DNA of 64,000 nucleotides from an uncultured Gemmatimonadales bacterium (GTDB lineage Bacteria; Gemmatimonadota; Gemmatimonadetes; Gemmatimonadales; Gemmatimonadaceae). Made by a program: the position numbers and the translations under genes. The stretch is from the NCBI GenBank assembly GCA_963850905.1, contig CAWKMU010000003.1, forward strand, positions 3,296,001-3,360,000, in the 5' to 3' direction. The notes under the pieces were generated by a model, which saw only the letters and a program-made list of their open reading frames with translations, did no database searches and had not been told where the DNA came from. Of the stretch, positions 61,343-64,000 are shown in pieces (the stretch's first letter is position 1; every line of letters starts with the position of its first letter).

Positions 61343-62465
61343 GTACAGTCACTCGCCGCTCGCCGGGCGTGTACCTCGGTGCAGGACCCGCGACCGCGCC
61401 GCCAGCCGGCTCCTCGAGCGGGAACGCCGCCCTGCGCTCAGCCGGGCGACGAAACACGGCGCGCAAGAGTGCGCCCGTCCCGCACCACTGGTGGATCGTG
61501 TCGAACAGGGTGAAAACGGCCAGCCCGATCGGTGACGAGAGGCTGAAGCGGTCGATCAGCCACTGCGGCGCGCGCCAGTCAACGAGCGTGTTGCGAATCG
61601 AGTACACCCAGTTGACCGGGCTCACGACCGTCTTGATGGAATCGACCTCGAGGCCGGCTCGCGCGGCGAGGGTGGCGAGCGTCGCCCGGTTGAAGAGGTT
61701 GAAGTGCCGCGGGAAGTGGTAGCCACCCCAGTGCCGGCCGCCGAAGATCGCGAAGTCCAGCGTGGCCGTATTGTCGGTGACGATCACGACACGACCGCCC
61801 GGCTTGAGGAGTTGGCGCACCGCCTTGAGCACGCCTGGCGGATCATCGACGTGCTCAATGGTGGCAATCAGCAGCACGAGGTCGTACGAGCCGCCCGCCA
61901 GGCGAACCGTCTCGACCGTGCCCTGATGCACTGCGAGCCCGCTGTGCCGCGCGGCCTCGACCGCGCGCGGGCTGGCATCGACACCTTCGAGCGACCACGT
62001 CGACAGCCCGAAATCGCGAAGCAGCCGGAGGTGGAATCCATCCCCGCATCCGACATCGAGAATGCGCGCGTCGGGCGGCAGACCCTTGCACCACTGCATC
62101 GCACGACGCGCTTCGAGTTGGCGTCGCACGCGGTACACAAAACCGTAGCGCTCAGGCGAGAAATCGAATGCGTGATAGTTCGCTGGATAGATGCGTGCGA
62201 GCTCGCTCGGCGCCGGTCGCGGATCCAGATAGACGAGGCCGCAGTCGCGGCATCGCATCGCGAGGAAGCTGTCGGGGCTCGTCCGATACTCAAAATCCTC
62301 GCCGACTCCGACCGGTTGCCCGTTGGTCGCGCCGCAAACGCAACAGGGCACGTGCATGAGAACGAGCGGCTGATGTGCATCACTCGACTCAAACTCGCGG
62401 GGAGCGCGACCGGGCGTGGGTGCCGTCGCACTCACGACGGCCTCACCAAACCTGGGGACTGCCAT
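61335..62465 (-). CDS. Class I SAM-dependent methyltransferase with N-terminal Zn-ribbon
   Basis: CCVC..CRDC, ILDVGCGDG, IEHVDDP, LKPGG, PRHF. Confidence 0.9.
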   Translation of the reverse strand: MAVPRFGEAVVSATAPTPGRAPREFESSDAHQPLVLMHVPCCVCGATNGQPVGVGEDFEYRTSPDSFLAMRCRDCGLVYLDPRPAPSELARIYPANYHAFDFSPERYGFVYRVRRQLEARRAMQWCKGLPPDARILDVGCGDGFHLRLLRDFGLSTWSLEGVDASPRAVEAARHSGLAVHQGTVETVRLAGGSYDLVLLIATIEHVDDPPGVLKAVRQLLKPGGRVVIVTDNTATLDFAIFGGRHWGGYHFPRHFNLFNRATLATLAARAGLEVDSIKTVVSPVNWVYSIRNTLVDWRAPQWLIDRFSLSSPIGLAVFTLFDTIHQWCGTGALLRAVFRRPAERRAAFPLEEPAGGAVAGPAPRYTPGERRVTVHG

Positions 62466-62797
62466 GCGGCGATTCGACTCACCAAAAGTGTCGAATGGTC
62501 GTTTAGCAACTCACGCGCCACATCCGTTGTCGGGGCCGCCGGAGCGGCGAACGGATCACACCTTGGTGCTACGCGCCGACATCCCCGGTGCGGGCTGGGC
62601 GACGCGCTGGGCCTCGGCGCCCGGGATGACATCTCGCGGACACACCACGTGGTCACCGCGTCACTCCTGGCGGCCGCTTGCGTCCGGCAGCGCCCGGCGC
62701 GTACTTACAGTGTTGCCCGCGGTCTGCGCGCGTTGCGTCCGCGACAGCGGGCGTGCTGTCCTTCGCTCAATCGATCGGACCCCTTACATACCGTTCC

Positions 62798-63463
62798 ATG
62801 CCAGCAACCGGCGCAGCCGCACGGCCGCCCCTTCTTGTCGACGAAGAATCGTTGTTCGATTGGATGCAGCTCCACATCAAAGAGCTGCTCATTGCACTCT
62901 TGATCGTCATCATCGCTGCCGGAGGCGTGTTTCTCTACCGGTCCGCGTCCGCGACTCAGGCGGCACAGGCCGAACAGGCGCTGGTCGGGCCGGAGCAGTC
63001 GTTGCAAGCGGGCAACCTACCCCTTGCTCAGTCCGATCTGCGCCGCGTCATGACGCGCTACGCGAACACGCCCGCCGCCGCGCAGGCGGCGATGCTGTTG
63101 GCCGACACATACTACCGGCAAGGGAAGTACGTTGAGGGCGTGGCGGCACTGCAACAAGCATCGACGAGCGGGGCAGCCAAGCCCTTCGGCGCGTCGATCG
63201 AGCGACTGATGGCGGACGGCTATATCCAGCAGGGCAAGCCGAAGGAGGCCGCGGCACATCTCGTCGCCGCTGCGAGTAGGACGCCGTATCCGACGGAGCA
63301 AGCGCGGCTGCGCGCAAGCGCCGCTCGAGCGTACGCGAGCGCCGGCGACACGGCGGCCGCCGTGTCGATCTGGCGATCGTTGCTCGACCAGTCGAAGAAC
63401 GGCGAGGCCAGCGAAGCCCAGCTCATGCTCGGAGAGCTCACGGTCAAAGCCGCCAAGCCCTAG
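62798..63463 (+). CDS. YfgM-like membrane-anchored tetratricopeptide repeat protein
   Basis: N-terminal DW..H + TM helix; YANTPAA; TPR-like Ala-rich helices. Confidence 0.8.
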   Translation: MPATGAAARPPLLVDEESLFDWMQLHIKELLIALLIVIIAAGGVFLYRSASATQAAQAEQALVGPEQSLQAGNLPLAQSDLRRVMTRYANTPAAAQAAMLLADTYYRQGKYVEGVAALQQASTSGAAKPFGASIERLMADGYIQQGKPKEAAAHLVAAASRTPYPTEQARLRASAARAYASAGDTAAAVSIWRSLLDQSKNGEASEAQLMLGELTVKAAKP

Positions 63464-63500
63464 CCGCGGTGCCGCGCGCAGCGACGCCAGCGCGCGCGCG

Positions 63501-64000
63501 ATGAACGTCGCGCTCTTCGGCGCCACGGGCATGGTGGGGCAGGGGGTCCTGCGCGAGTGTCTCGCCGACCCCCAGGTGGTGAGCGTCCTCGCGGTCGGCC
63601 GCAGCTCGACAGGCCGGCAGGACGCGAAGCTGCACGAGCAGGTGCAGAGCGACATCGCGGCGCTGTCGTCCGTGCAATCCGAGATCGCCCGGGTCGACGC
63701 CGCGTTCTTCTGCGTCGGCGTCTCATCGCTCGGGATGAGCGAAGCCGCCTACACCCGCCTCACGTACGACCTCACGCTTGCGGTTGCCCGCGCGCTGGTC
63801 GCCGTTCGAGCTGACATGACGTTCGTGTACGTATCGGGAACGGGAACGGACACGAGCGAACACGGTCGAGCAATGTGGGCGCGCGTCAAGGGGCGGACAG
63901 AGAACGCCCTCCTCGCGCTCCCGTTCAGAGCCGCCTACATGTTTCGCCCCAGTCTGATCGTGCCCGGGCCCGGGATCCAGTCGCGGACAATGTGGTATCG
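63501..64000 (+). CDS. NAD(P)-binding epimerase-like protein (runs off the window end)
   Basis: Manual translation: MNVALFGATGMVGQGVLRECL...FFCVGVSS...YVSGTG...MWARVKGRTENAL. Confidence 0.88.
   Translation, partial: MNVALFGATGMVGQGVLRECLADPQVVSVLAVGRSSTGRQDAKLHEQVQSDIAALSSVQSEIARVDAAFFCVGVSSLGMSEAAYTRLTYDLTLAVARALVAVRADMTFVYVSGTGTDTSEHGRAMWARVKGRTENALLALPFRAAYMFRPSLIVPGPGIQSRTMWY

Noticed and set aside
1..64000. Numerous long antisense/alternate-frame ORFs (e.g. 1102..2403, 12298..13482, 33404..34774, 41302..42633) and CRISPR/rRNA candidates
   Set aside because: Shadow ORFs are expected at high GC opposite well-supported genes; no regularly spaced repeat-spacer array or rRNA signature was seen.

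Overview
This is a high-GC bacterial window; gene style suggests Gemmatimonadota, which is an inference only. It holds about 50 CDSs. These include membrane/transport genes, three secreted peptidases, a four-gene type IV minor-pilin cluster, a BNR-propeller/MoaD pair, a visibly lower-GC block (two-component system, hydrolases, duplicated VOC genes), a SusC/SusD pair, a putative amide/heterocycle catabolic operon, a DyP/catalase-like heme cluster, and one complete IS1202-family (ISNCY) element with a 16-bp target duplication. Two sequence-level signals stand out. (1) A tRNA-Arg(CCT) gene is surrounded by three fragments of itself: a 5' half 2.2 kb upstream and a 3' half just downstream, both breaking exactly at the 7-nt anticodon loop, plus a 3' fragment 7.7 kb downstream. 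A tyrosine-integrase C-terminal remnant and tandem 12-bp-period repeats lie beside it, suggesting an integration hotspot loaded on both sides. (2) Most of the roughly 12 apparent frameshifts are the same event, an extra A turning GATG into GAATG. This points to a motif-specific read error, possibly caused by a host DNA modification, rather than gene decay. No CRISPR array or rRNA was seen. All calls come from reading the sequence; no database searches were run.
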